A stretch of DNA of 64,000 nt from Haliotis cracherodii (GCF_022045235.1 NW_027266330.1:16244001-16308000); one strand, 5' to 3'; numbered from the stretch's first letter, positions 36,801 through 48,637 are shown. Numbers and translations are program-made. Notes: generated from the letters alone by a model not told the origin.

Positions 36801-38125
36801 TGCATTTGATGTTAAGGCTTGCTCTGAGAATTCCAACTTCATCGGTTATATGTCCAAAAGGACTGGAAACAATTCCACTGGTAACTTGAACATCGACCAT
36901 GTCGTTACTAAAGAACATCAACTGTGTCGTGTTGATAAATAGGTTCATTGAGAAAAGTCTAGAAAGTTGTTCACATTTACACTCGACGTTTACGTTTATG
37001 GCAGGTGCGGTTTTCGCCAGCAACACTGGAAAAAATAGAAGATATATGGCATGGCTAAACATTTTAAAGTTTAACTTCACCTCTGGAAAATATGCTCAGG
37101 GAAATAGTCCCAAAATAGTCCCAAGTGCACCAAGAAACTGTGTACATTTTTTTCTCATAACATTTGCTCATTATAATACAATGCAGGTTATAAAGTTTGA
37201 CATGATATTCCGTTGGTAAATACGAAGGTCGGAATCATTAAAAAGGTCAAGCAGCGTTTAACTTGATGTTTATGCCTTAGACGGGGGCGGTGGTGTAGCC
37301 TAATTGTTACTGTGTTATCTCGTCATGGCGAAGGCCCTGATTCGATTTACAGCATGGGTACAACGTGTGAAGAAAAACCTCCAACCCCTTTCCATATCCA
37401 ATAGAAAAGTCTGCTCAAAGCAGAGTCAATTGTACTATTCCGACTATAGCATGAGCACATGTTTATGGATCACTATTAAATAGTGCTGACACCAGGTGAA
37501 ACCCACCGTGATAAACGGCAGCTTTAACTAGCAAATGAAAGCGACAAAACCCTTTCCATATTCATAAGAATTCTCTGCTTAACACATTTCAATTGAATGA
37601 TATTCAATTTACATTCTGCTACTATTAACCAACTAGTATACCTTGCTCATCATTATTATCACAGCTGGTAGAATAGACCTATGCTTGCCGTAAAAAGCAA
37701 CTATGCTTGTCGTAAATGGCGACTAAAGGGATCGGGTCGTCAGGCTCGCTGACTTGGTTGATGCATGTCATCGATCCCAATTGCGTGGATCGATGCTCAT
37801 GATATTAATCACTGGATTGTCTGGTCCAGACTCGATTATTTACAGACCGCCTGTCATATAGCAGGAATATTGCTAAGGGCGCCGTTAAACAACCAGCCAA
37901 CCAACCAAAATGTTTAAGGCACATTTTAATTCTCTCTTACAGAATGGGTTATGTGTCCTTAAAATCATTGGAGTTATTGTAGCAACTATGCACTTATCTA
38001 AATCAAGGTATTGATATTTCAATGCAATTTAGAGTTTGAATAAACTATTTACATTGTAGATAAGACCAACGATCAAGTTAAACACACTCACGGCAAACAG
38101 CTACACACTTGTAAAATGCCGCCAT
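33846..38125 (-). CDS. Gene E: 2xIg + five-TM membrane protein (~403 aa), complete; paralogue of A and D
   Basis: Exons (minus): 38125-38092 signal MAAFYKCVAVC(LLLAKTAPA); 37025-36705 Ig1 (VECK..IKCSDVQHIRCKSFG..LEFN); 36153-35830 Ig2 (LFICSA..LQWMI..LKCIAE); 35360-35250 TM1 STHLFLSSMLVYMHFIILPCVF; 35095-34988 TM2 RFRTAMSFLVGLAFFIWWIIILR; 34864-34769 TM3 GYFMYAVIEFVFVLGYTLTR; 34460-34347 TM4 QRYLYNIRVATSYGATMTPSICWIMIR; 33949-33846 TM5 + tail EVFFWLVTIGCFTGFVCVSKSREGKYWEVPEKCY*. Total 1212 nt, in frame, all phase 1. Confidence 0.9.
34085..34311 (-). mobile_element. SINE-like family 3 copy
   Basis: Homology to the family. Confidence 0.8.
37665..37908 (+). mobile_element. SINE-like family 3 copy
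   Basis: Homology to the family. Confidence 0.8.
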
Positions 38126-38505
38126 GGCTGACGTTTCACTTTGTGACATTCAGCTGTGGAGTAATGATACTGTGTGTTAAAACAAGCAACAACAAAATAT
38201 AGCGTTGACAGCGTCAAAAACGTTTCATTGATAGATAAAACCTTGTAGGCGAACGTGAATGAAACTGCTTACCTCCTCTCTCGGAAACCGAGCTGCCGTT
38301 GATATTCTGACAGTGTCAAAGTGTATAGCTTAGGGTATGTACGGCACACTGTTTATGCCATAAAACACATGTTCTCGTAAGGATTATGTCCCAAGTTAAT
38401 CATGGTGATTACCTATTGCTAACAAGTATAAAAACATAAATGTTTTGCATTGAACACAAACTGACAGGCCACATAACGCTGTTTGTATATGTAGGAAAAA
38501 TAAAG

Positions 38506-38770
38506 ATTGGTTGGTTTGTTGTTTAACGCCGCACTCAGTAATATTCCAGCTATATGACGGCGGTCTGTAAATAATCGAGTCTGGGCCAGATAGTCCAGTG
38601 ATTAATATCATGAGCATCGATCCACGCAATTGGGATCGACGACATGCATCAACCAAGTCAGTGAGCCTGACGACCCGATCCCGTTAGTCGCCTCTTACGA
38701 GAAGCATAGTCGCCTTTTACGGCAAGCATGGGTTGCTGAAGACCTATTCTACCCCGGGTCCTCACAGGTC
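38506..38770 (-). mobile_element. SINE-like family 3 copy
   Basis: Full length. Confidence 0.85.
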
Positions 38771-39444
38771 AGATCTGAAGCATGTGTATGTGTACATATA
38801 TATGGGATAGGAGCACAGCGGCCATTTGAAGTGTTTCACTGTAGACAGAGATATACACACGTACTTGCAATTACCCTCAGAGTTTCTCAGAGAAACTGAA
38901 ATAGCTATTAAGTAAAATGGTCAGTGGAGTGGAGTACAAATGAATATGCAAGCCTACCAGAACGTTATTGAATCCTTTACATGTGTTCACAAAGTGATAA
39001 GGAAGCAGTCGATAACACAACTACATGTAGCATTCAATCTTTTGTACTTGTGCAACCATTGAAACACAGACAAGCCAGTTAATAATAGAACGCCTTGGTT
39101 TTGAAAACGCCTGTCGGTGCGGGGAATATATAGCAGTGAATGAATGTCAACATGACATAAGGCATGAGCGATGTCGATGTAGAATTGCACCCCCGAACAA
39201 AAACTTACCCCCGGTGAGTTGCCATGTCATAGTGTTGGGTGTTACCCGTCCAGTAAAATACAAAAAAATAATATAAATTGCATGATGATTATGAACTGTC
39301 CCGATGCAACTGTTGTCAAATGGATACACTACATGGAGTGTGATATTCTGTTAACTGGATGATCATTATATGATGAAGTATGGTGTATTATTGTGTATAA
39401 ATGAATGTGGATTGTTTGTACTCCAACATGCTCTCCCCTGTTTA

Positions 39445-39616
39445 GGGGGCGGTCGGGTAGCCTAGTGGTTAAAGCGTTCGCTCGTCACGCCTAAGACCCG
39501 GTTCGATTCCTGACATGGGTATAATGTGTGAAGCTCATTTCTGGTGTCCCCCGCTGTGATGTTGCTGGAATATTGATAAAAGCGGCGTAAAACCACACTC
39601 ACTCACTCACTCACTC
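39445..39616 (+). mobile_element. SINE family 1 copy
   Basis: High identity to the family; CTGTTTAGG on the flanks. Confidence 0.88.
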
Positions 39617-39705
39617 CTCTGTTTAGGCCAATCTTTAACTGTTGTTAATTTCCCAATCACTCAACTATCATTAACCGAATCGGATGTAAACCATGATCAA
39701 CTTCA

Positions 39706-39980
39706 AGAGGTAAGTGGAAATGGGGTTTTACGTCGCGTCCAAGATAATTGCACTTATATAGCGCGCGTGTGTGTGTGGCTTCTTGTACTACTCCGGACTG
39801 ATGCCGATTTATAGTGCTAGCCCACTGAGATACCGCAGGTTAACATGAATACCCCACTCAGACACAGTATACTGACTCCGAGCCGACCAGTCCTTGTTTT
39901 AGCCCCTTAATGCCGAGCGCCAGAGAGGGTAACAAGTACCATCTTTTAACGTCTTTTGGTATGACGCGGCCGGGGATCGA
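39706..39980 (-). mobile_element. SINE family 4 copy (5'-truncated)
   Basis: Homologous to 13826-14185. Confidence 0.8.
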
Positions 39981-40973
39981 ATCACTTTGAATACAGTAGC
40001 CTTGAACGTTAGCTTGAATCATCACTTTTTGAAAATGATTCATAAACGCATGATGATGATGTGATCGGAATCGTACTAAGGACATAATTTTAGTTTTATT
40101 TTATGTGAGATTTCTCATGGTTATTCGAATGTTATTTGTCGCTTTTATTATTTTTGTCATCCTCAACTTCCTTATACACGGGATATCAACATACACACAT
40201 GTACTTTGTGATTTATTAGAAACGTGAATATTTCAGTGAATATCAAAATAGTTTCGTTAAAACTATTTCACAGCGGCAATTGTGAAAGCGATATGAGGTG
40301 AACTAATGTCACTGTGTTGAGTACTTCTTTTCCCTGCATTCTATCACATGGAGATTCCTGGTAATTCCTATGCTGGCCACGGAATGCTCAGGTCCGCTGA
40401 CTTGGTAGATTGCATGTCATCGTATTCTATTACTTACAGGCCGGCGCCACTTTGCTTCAATATTGCTGAGTGCGGCAATTAAAAGAACACAGTACGTTAT
40501 GTTGTTGTGCAGTGCAAGGGAGATAAATCTTGATGGCAAACATGCATATCCACTGTCGACATCTGATATATGAGTGGCACGATTACGAAGACTCAGAATT
40601 AGTTCAAAAGATGATAACCAGGATCCATGCGTTGTTTATTTGTACATATAGTCAATACAAGACAGACAGCATGTGATCATAGGGATCAACAGGATGTTAT
40701 AAATCTTTGTGTTTATCTCCATTTATTCGCATCAAGATGGTAGACATGTCCGGCGACTATACACAAAGCATATGAGCAAGCTGTGTGTTGACTTATAACA
40801 CGTAGTTCTGGGGGCCGCCATCAGTCACACAGCTCTCTTTCTTCTTCTTGGAGCTCTCTCATATGTTGCCGGTAGAAGTTCACAATTCACTGTGAAGGCG
40901 CTTCTTTTTATTTGGATTCCACCGAAATACAGTTCCTGTTTTAATGCCTTTTCCTACAATGTAAGCAACAATG

Positions 40974-41140
40974 AGTGAGTGAGTGAGTATGGTTTTACGC
41001 CGCTTTTAGCAATATTCCAGCAATATCACGGCGGGGGACACCACAAATGGGCTTCACACATTGTACCCATGTCGGGAATCGAACCCGGGTCTTCGGCGTG
41101 ACGAGCGAACGCTTCAACCACTAGGCTACCCGACCGACCC
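40974..41140 (-). mobile_element. SINE family 1 copy with TSD
   Basis: TGTAAGCAACAA duplicated on the flanks. Confidence 0.9.
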
Positions 41141-41977
41141 TGTAAGCAACAAATCTCCCAATAGTTACGAGCATGTTATAACTACCCCAGTGTCGCTCGC
41201 CATGTGTTCCAAGCAAGAAGATAGACATGTCCTGCGACCATATACAAATCATATAAGCAAGCTGCGCTTTGACTACTTACACGTAAATTTGGAACCCGCC
41301 ATCATTTACACACGTCGCTCTTTGAACCTACTCAGTAATATACATTTCTATGTGAGTGCGTATCTTCCAATTTAGATTCCGGCGAAATACATTTTAACTA
41401 TACTAATGTTTTACCTATAATCTAAGCGACATAACCTTTTTTAAAATTATAAGAATTCCCTAAAACAAAACAAAAATACAAAAAACACAGACTATTTTAC
41501 GATTCCGACTATGCCATTAACAGAGGATTTACCCGAGTCTATCTTTTTTGGAGTCTAAAAGGATTCCCAGTAATAACTTTTCGAGGTCAAAGGCTAGCGA
41601 TTTGTGGCAGGCTTCGCTAGATTTCCAAGATATATTGCTGTCAATTCATCGGCCGTAATAGATAGAGATGGAAAACCATTTCCATAATCAGACGTAATCT
41701 CTGCAGGAGTCCATTGCACAATTCCGCCCATAGCATAATTATAAGTACATAGCATAGCGAGACTGGAATACTGTTAAAAGCGGCGTTAAACACAACTCAC
41801 TCTCTCCACGGCACTACAGTCGACGCCTGTGCTGGTCGTAAGAGTTTACTATTGGATCGGGTTGTCAGCCACAAACACATGCAAAGGCAAGTCAATTGTT
41901 CACCTAAAACAACACATGTGGTACAAGTCAAAATCGGGAATTGTATCGGACATTATGTTTGTCCTCCACATGTGGAA

Positions 41978-42147
41978 GGGGCTGTCGGGTAGCCTGGTGG
42001 TTTAAGCGTTCGCTCGTCTCGCCGAAGACCCAGGTTCGATTCCCGACATGGGTACAATGTGTGAAGCCCATTTCTGGTGCCCCCTCCGTGATATTGCTGG
42101 AATATTGCTAAAAGCGGCAAAAAACCATACTCACTCACTCACTCACT
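41978..42147 (+). mobile_element. SINE family 1 copy
   Basis: Homology to the family. Confidence 0.85.
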
Positions 42148-42569
42148 CTGTAATATCAATTACAGGATTCTCAGGTTCAGACTCGGTTATTTACAAATAG
42201 AATATTGCTGAATCGAAAACAAACGTTTAATAGCGGCCCTATTAATCGTTTCACAGTAAAATATGGTAATGGCAGATGCTAATGATTCAAATATATAACG
42301 TTTTCCAGACAGGAAACATGTGTTGTGAACAGGAGGTTGATATATGATTAGGTAGCATGTCCATTGAATAATCCCAGGCTGTTGGAATGCATCTAAACAT
42401 GGTGGTGTGATGATTGCAAAACCTTGCGTCTAACAATCCTATGAACACTCATATGGATGCCTCAGAAACTTTGTGTAAATGAATAAACAGACATGTACAT
42501 TATAAACATATTTTTGATACAGCCGATCGATAACTTGAACAGCTATTCGTGTATATTTTCATTAAAATA

Positions 42570-42745
42570 GTACCGTATTTCATTGATTAAACGCCGGGTC
42601 TCGAAAGAGCGCCTAGGCCTCGAGTAAATGCTTGGTATTTTTTACACATGGAATTCTCCCCATTATTATCTCTGCGATTATACGCCGGGGGTAAAGAGTG
42701 TTGGACAGAAATATACACCCGGGCGTTTATTTGAATAAATACGGC
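42570..42745. mobile_element. MITE (TACCGTATTT... TIR type)
   Basis: CCGTATTTCATTGATTAAACGCCGGG versus CCCGGGCGTTTATTTGAATAAATACGG imperfect terminal inverted repeats. Confidence 0.6.
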
Positions 42746-42862
42746 GCGTATGATTAAATAAGGATATATAGTTTAATATCTATAATTCACATATAGTTGA
42801 TCTAATGTACATAAGCATGCCACTGTGACCGTTCATGAGTGGACGGTCCCATTGTTCATATT

Positions 42863-43102
42863 GACCCGTGAAGATCCGGGGTAAAATAGGTCTAAACAGC
42901 CACCATGCTTGTCGTAAGAGGCAACTAACGGGATTGGGTGGTCAGGCACGCTGACTTGGTTGCTGCATGTCATCGCATCCCAGTTGCGTGGATCGATGCT
43001 CATGATATCAATCACTGGATTGTCTGGTGCAGACACGAATATTTACAGACCGCCGTCATAGAGCTGGAATATTGCTAAGTGCGGCGTTAAACAACAAACA
43101 AA
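42863..43102 (+). mobile_element. SINE-like family 3 copy
   Basis: Homology to the family. Confidence 0.8.
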
Positions 43103-43268
43103 AATCATGTGGCTTTTGCAACGGTTCTCTAAATATTAAACTGCCACAATGTAAATCTTCCTCAAACTCAGGATCAAAACAGGAAACATCTTCATGCCGA
43201 ATAAAAGTAGTCTCCATTGAATAGTGACGTGTTTCACTATGGACTTAACTATTGTTCTAAGCCACAGG

Positions 43269-43506
43269 GACCCGTGAAGATCCGGGGTGGAATAGGTCTT
43301 CAGCAACCCATGCTTGTCGTAAGAGGCGACTAAGGGGATCGGGTGGTCAGGCTCGCTGACTTGGTTGAAGAATGTCATCGATCCCAATTGCGTGGATCGA
43401 TGTTCATGATATCAATCACTGGATGGGCTGGTCCAGACTCGATTATTTACAGACGGCCGTCATATAGCTTGAATATGACCGAGTGCGGCGTTTATCAACA
43501 AACCAA
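43269..43506 (+). mobile_element. SINE-like family 3 copy with TSD
   Basis: CTAAGCCACAGG duplicated on both flanks. Confidence 0.88.
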
Positions 43507-46373
43507 ATCTAAGCCACAGGACACTTATTTACTGGATGCATTGGAAACGGAAAATCAAACGGAAAGACAACAGTTTATTTCACAAACGCAAAACTTATGC
43601 TTCATATCAACTTATGTCACACGTAGGAGTGCCCCAATGAATCGGTTAGTCCGTCTGGTGCCATCGTACCCCCAAGGGCACAATATATGATCACTGGATT
43701 GTCTGAAAACGACATACCTTATAAACAGCAGGATACTAGACAATCATGAATAATTCAGGTGTTTTGTGTTCAGAATATTCGCACACATGCACAAGACCGT
43801 GAGCCCACCAACAACCGCAACACATGATGTGAACCAGGCGATCGCTGTAGACCGCGAGAATAAAGGATTGTATCCGTGGAACTGCAGCATAAAGATCTGT
43901 GACTGCTCTGTGTCGGCGCGCCCTTGACCGAGGAGCTCATGCCCTCAAGGACAGTTTACTGACCACGCTCTGTCTCGCCTGACATATTGACGATTCCTGG
44001 TCTACGAAGGTTCACGTGAGTTCTCACATGTTGTTTGTAAGTTGCTGCGACATTTTATTGGAGAGCCGTTGGTAATATTTGAGAACTTGCAGTAGTGCGT
44101 GCTTATAATATCAAAGGTGATTATATCTTGAAACATTAGTTACAGTAATATATGTCTGTGATGAGCAAATTATTTCGAAGGCAACCGAGAACGATTATTC
44201 AAAGCAGCTTTGTGCTGTACGCTACATTATTTGTCTAAACGCGCGATCGTGATGTGACTATAATATTTATTACAATTGTTCAATGTCAATTCTAACCACG
44301 TCACTCGACGCTTTCAGTGGCGAATTCCCAAAGAAACATTGTATCTTCTGTCCACACAATGTGACCCAATGTAGGTACCTCGAACATGATTCCTCCACAA
44401 CGCGCGTCTACATTCCCAAAGCATTGTCAATTGTCACTTCAGCAAAACGTGTTACATGTTACACAAATGTAGGTTTCATGTTTGTTAAGTTTCTTTCTGG
44501 TCTAACGCTCTCAGCGATATTCCAGCGACATGATCTGTAAATAATCGAGTCCAGGTCAGGCAATCCAATGATTCATTTTACCCTTTTTACTAACGTATAT
44601 ATATTTATTCCATATTTTATGTCTGTGTATCATTTTACGTTCTATAGTCTCTCATAATCCCATACGGGATGGCTTATCACATGTATTTTTTTACGTGACC
44701 TGTATATATGTTTTTATTTGTATGAGGTGAGACATGAAATAAATTTACTCTACCTTACCTTACCATGATCATCGCCGTCGAGGTGTGATTACACGCGATC
44801 AACCAAGTCAAGGAGCCTATAAGCATCGGATACATTTAGTCGCCGCTTATAGCACGCATAGGTTCCTGCGGAAAAATATTCTTCTAATACAGTCATAACC
44901 TGTGTTTTCTGGCGAAGTTATAACATTTTTAACATAAAACTATTGTCAGAACCATGTTTTTTCATGACCATGTTTCTAGCCCAAATTAATATTCGAGACA
45001 TACTATATTCGTCTTCTATTGCCGCCTTAACCACATAGTTGTGCATGTTCAAGGCGAATACTTTATATAAGTTACATCCCTTGATGAAACTGAATCGGTA
45101 CAAACCGAGCTGAGTTCAGGGAGTGTATAATTGCCCAAATAGCAACATTACAGAATATATCTCAGAATATACGTTTATTCCATGAAGTCATTAAATGGAA
45201 TAGGTCGTCTGGGTAATTGTGTGTAAAAATAGATTAGTTACATGGCGTTCGCTCGTCACGCCGAAGACCCGGGTTCGATTCCCGACATGGGTACAATGTG
45301 TGAAGCCCATTTGTGGTGTCCCCTGTCGTGATATTGCTGGAATATTGCTAAAAGCGGCGTAAAACCATACTCACTCACTCAAAATTGATTAGGTTACAAC
45401 ATTCAAGGCCTCATTTAGGGATTCAGAATGATTTATGGTAGACATGTGGAGGACATTTCCAAATATGACACTATAGGGGCCGATGCAGTTCCCTTGTTTT
45501 ATATAGCAAATGTTATATTTGGTATAAAGTCAGCACAAAGTCAGCAATCTTACCCACTCAGTCACCGAAGCTTCCACATAAATGAAAGTCCGACAACTTG
45601 TACCCGAGATGACGAATTGTGCGTATCCCTCTGACAAGTGTAAATTGGCACGGCTCCCAGGGCCGAAAGCTACGAACAAACAATGCCATTTTAGAAAGTG
45701 GTCAAATGTAAGAAATGTTATATTTGGTATAACACTTTCTAAGTAAAGTACACATGCTTTGTGTGCTGTACACTGGGATGCATGTTACACACCAAATACC
45801 ACCTTGTTAATATTGTAATGTATATTTTGAAGATGTTGTTAGAACTTTTTCACGTGGAAACAAAAAAATAAAAACACAACAACAAAACATGTAAAACTCC
45901 AAAACAAAAACATCTTTGATTATGACAATACTGGCTTCACTTATATTATACTTACATTGTGTATCTAATTATAACTGGCCCAATATTAATCAATTAAAGT
46001 AAAAATATAATAACATGATGGATTTATGATCATGTGGAAATTTGTAAATGATCCTTTTAGAATAATAAAACACGGGGTGCTGTCTAGTTAAATTCAATTA
46101 CAATGTTAGTAAACTATGGTTATAACGAACCAAAAGAGTTATATGCATATCTACAACATATATACTGCAAACGGTTGGGACAAATATACTGGATGCAATG
46201 AAAATAAAGTAAAATGTGATCAATATTTTTCTTCGATGTCATCGTCAGGACACTTGGCAAAACAGCCGCCAACCACCGACATTCCTATTGTCAGCACATT
46301 GTGGAAAACAATGATGTTTCGCGAACACCTGGTGTCGTCACGGTTTAATAGTGACGAATTCTCAAGATAAAAT

Positions 46374-46653
46374 GGGGCACGGGTGGCCCAGTCGTCAAAG
46401 ACGCCGCGATTCGCTGAGCAGACTTGCGTCCCTTGGGCAAGCCAAAAACCTATGATTGTGGGTTTGAATCCAGGTTCGCCCTAATTATGTTTCTAGGTTT
46501 GTCAGCACCATACCCATGCTCGTGGGTTTCACCGAAGTGGTAAACATCTGAGACCTGCATCACTTCGGGCTTTCCTCCCACACTAAGCTGACACGCCGTG
46601 ATATAACTGGAATACTGTTAAAAGCGGCGTTAACCCAACTCACTCACTCACTC
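46374..46653 (+). mobile_element. SINE family 2 copy
   Basis: Full length. Confidence 0.88.
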
Positions 46654-48310
46654 AGGATATAATCGGAATCGTACAATCAATTCATGTTTTGGACAGAGGT
46701 TTCAAATGAATATGGAAGTAATTATCGCATTTATTTCAACATTAAACATGTATAAAAAGGTAGGGGGAGAAGGGGGCTGGAATAGAAATAGTCTTGAAAC
46801 CTCGTTACAATTGGAAATAATTAAAAGATGCCATTGTGAAAAAAGAGTCATGTATTCATATTCTTCCAATTATATATAACTATAAGAAACGTAATTATAT
46901 GTTATGTCCCTTTACATTTTAGACTTGATTTGAATTTTTCCCTATGCTCTTAAATTACCTCTGTTAAATGCTAGACTGATGAAAATAAATTGTGGAATGC
47001 ACATTACTTCTCATTTATGGATTGATTGTGTATTTTGTTCGGTTTATTGAGGTTTGAATAGAAAAACCGATGTGCAAACTTCTGTAAGATTCCGCTACGC
47101 GGATTCATACAGTTTGCATTACAAAACAGTCAAAAATGACGAGATTGATAAACATTCCAGGTATAGGATTAGATACTGTGGCGTGACATGAATCAGGTGA
47201 TTGTTTAATTTATGCGCATATCTTGACACACCTACAAAGTCAGTTGTCAATCAACGGAGAGTAGAGTCAAAACAAAGTTCATTGGACCTGTCGATCAAGG
47301 TAAGAGGCGAGAAGAACTGCAAAAGTCAGACTGTAACGAACCGGAACAAATATGTCCGGGAGAAGGCGGCTGTTTCAAACGACATGGTCAGTTGTCGCCA
47401 GATTCGAACATTAGTTCCCTGAGAACCGGAAGACACAGTTGGATAAATGCTGGTTAGAAATGAAGCCCGAAGACATGAAAGTTGTGGAACTGAGGCGAGC
47501 GGGAATAAAGGCGAGTGAGCCTGCACGTTTGCTGTTTCATTCCTTCTCGGCCTTCGGTCCCAAAGGGTTCTTTGGACAAGAATATGCATGCATTTCGCTA
47601 TATGTCCTATGCATGACGATACACGTGAGCGGAGAGGGAATTCCCTCGACTGTAATTGTGGGATTCCCCGACATTCTGCAGTAATAAAAGTAGTCCGCTT
47701 CGGTGGACGTGGCTTAATATTTTTACATTCATAGGGAAATGAATGCAATAACACGTGACCAATACAGCTAATCAGAATGTTGAAATTTCAATGAACACAA
47801 CGAAAATTTAATTATAATGACATAGACAATTGTTCAAATAATAGTGTTTTTTGTACGTCAGTATTACTAATCAGAATTATATCAAATTTCACAGAATGTT
47901 GGAACATCGTATTTCCAAGAGCCACAACAATGAAACTTCTGGATGATTATGATTATATATTCAGATCAGATATTCAATGTTATTCCATCACCGGTGCGTG
48001 GTGAGAAAAAAATCCGTATTATTCATTGTATACCTGTACAGGAGATATGTTCAGTAACACGCCGATAACGTCTAAGGTGGTCACAGTACCCACAGTTGTT
48101 GACACGTCAAAAACAGATGTTCACCATCAGCTGTTGCATTCCCGTATCATTTATTGCTACAGGTATCACAAGTATTAAATAATTAATTAATTAACTCCAA
48201 GCCCTGGAGCGTGCTCAAAGCGCTACACCCTTTGTTTTAATATTAACCTGACAAATAGATTCAATGTTTATGGTGATTTATGTCCTGCTTTTGTTGCAAT
48301 GTGTATACCG

Positions 48311-48637
48311 ATACCGTATTCGACGTAATAAGCGCCCACATTTGCAAAGATATTGGCTAGTGAACAATCCCGAATAGCACCCCTTCCGATTGATCAATGT
48401 ACACAAGACTTATTTATTCGCGTATTATACGCATTCGTGTGTTATATGCACCCTTAATTATGGGCAATTAATTTTTTTTTAAAAATAGTATCTATGTGTC
48501 GTACATGAACATTTCAGGTTGTCCCATAAACCATGAAATTTATCTATCAACTCTGTTTTTTTCCCCACCAAAATATTATTCTTATAATATTTTTAATTTT
48601 GAGAGCGCCCTGGGCGCTTATTACGTCGAATACGGTA
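48311..48637. mobile_element. MITE with near-perfect ~27-bp TIRs
   Basis: TACCGTATTCGACGTAATAAGCGCCCA ... TGGGCGCTTATTACGTCGAATACGGTA with TA ends. Confidence 0.85.

Noticed and set aside
3751-43690. Recurring ORFs such as 'SQLRGSMLMISITGLSGPDSIIYRPPSYSWNIAECGVKQ'
   Set aside because: Translations of SINE-like family 3 copies, not a protein family.
47201-47754. Overlapping short ORFs upstream of the MCT gene
   Set aside because: No recognisable domain or consistent exon structure; possibly promoter, 5'UTR or repeat sequence.
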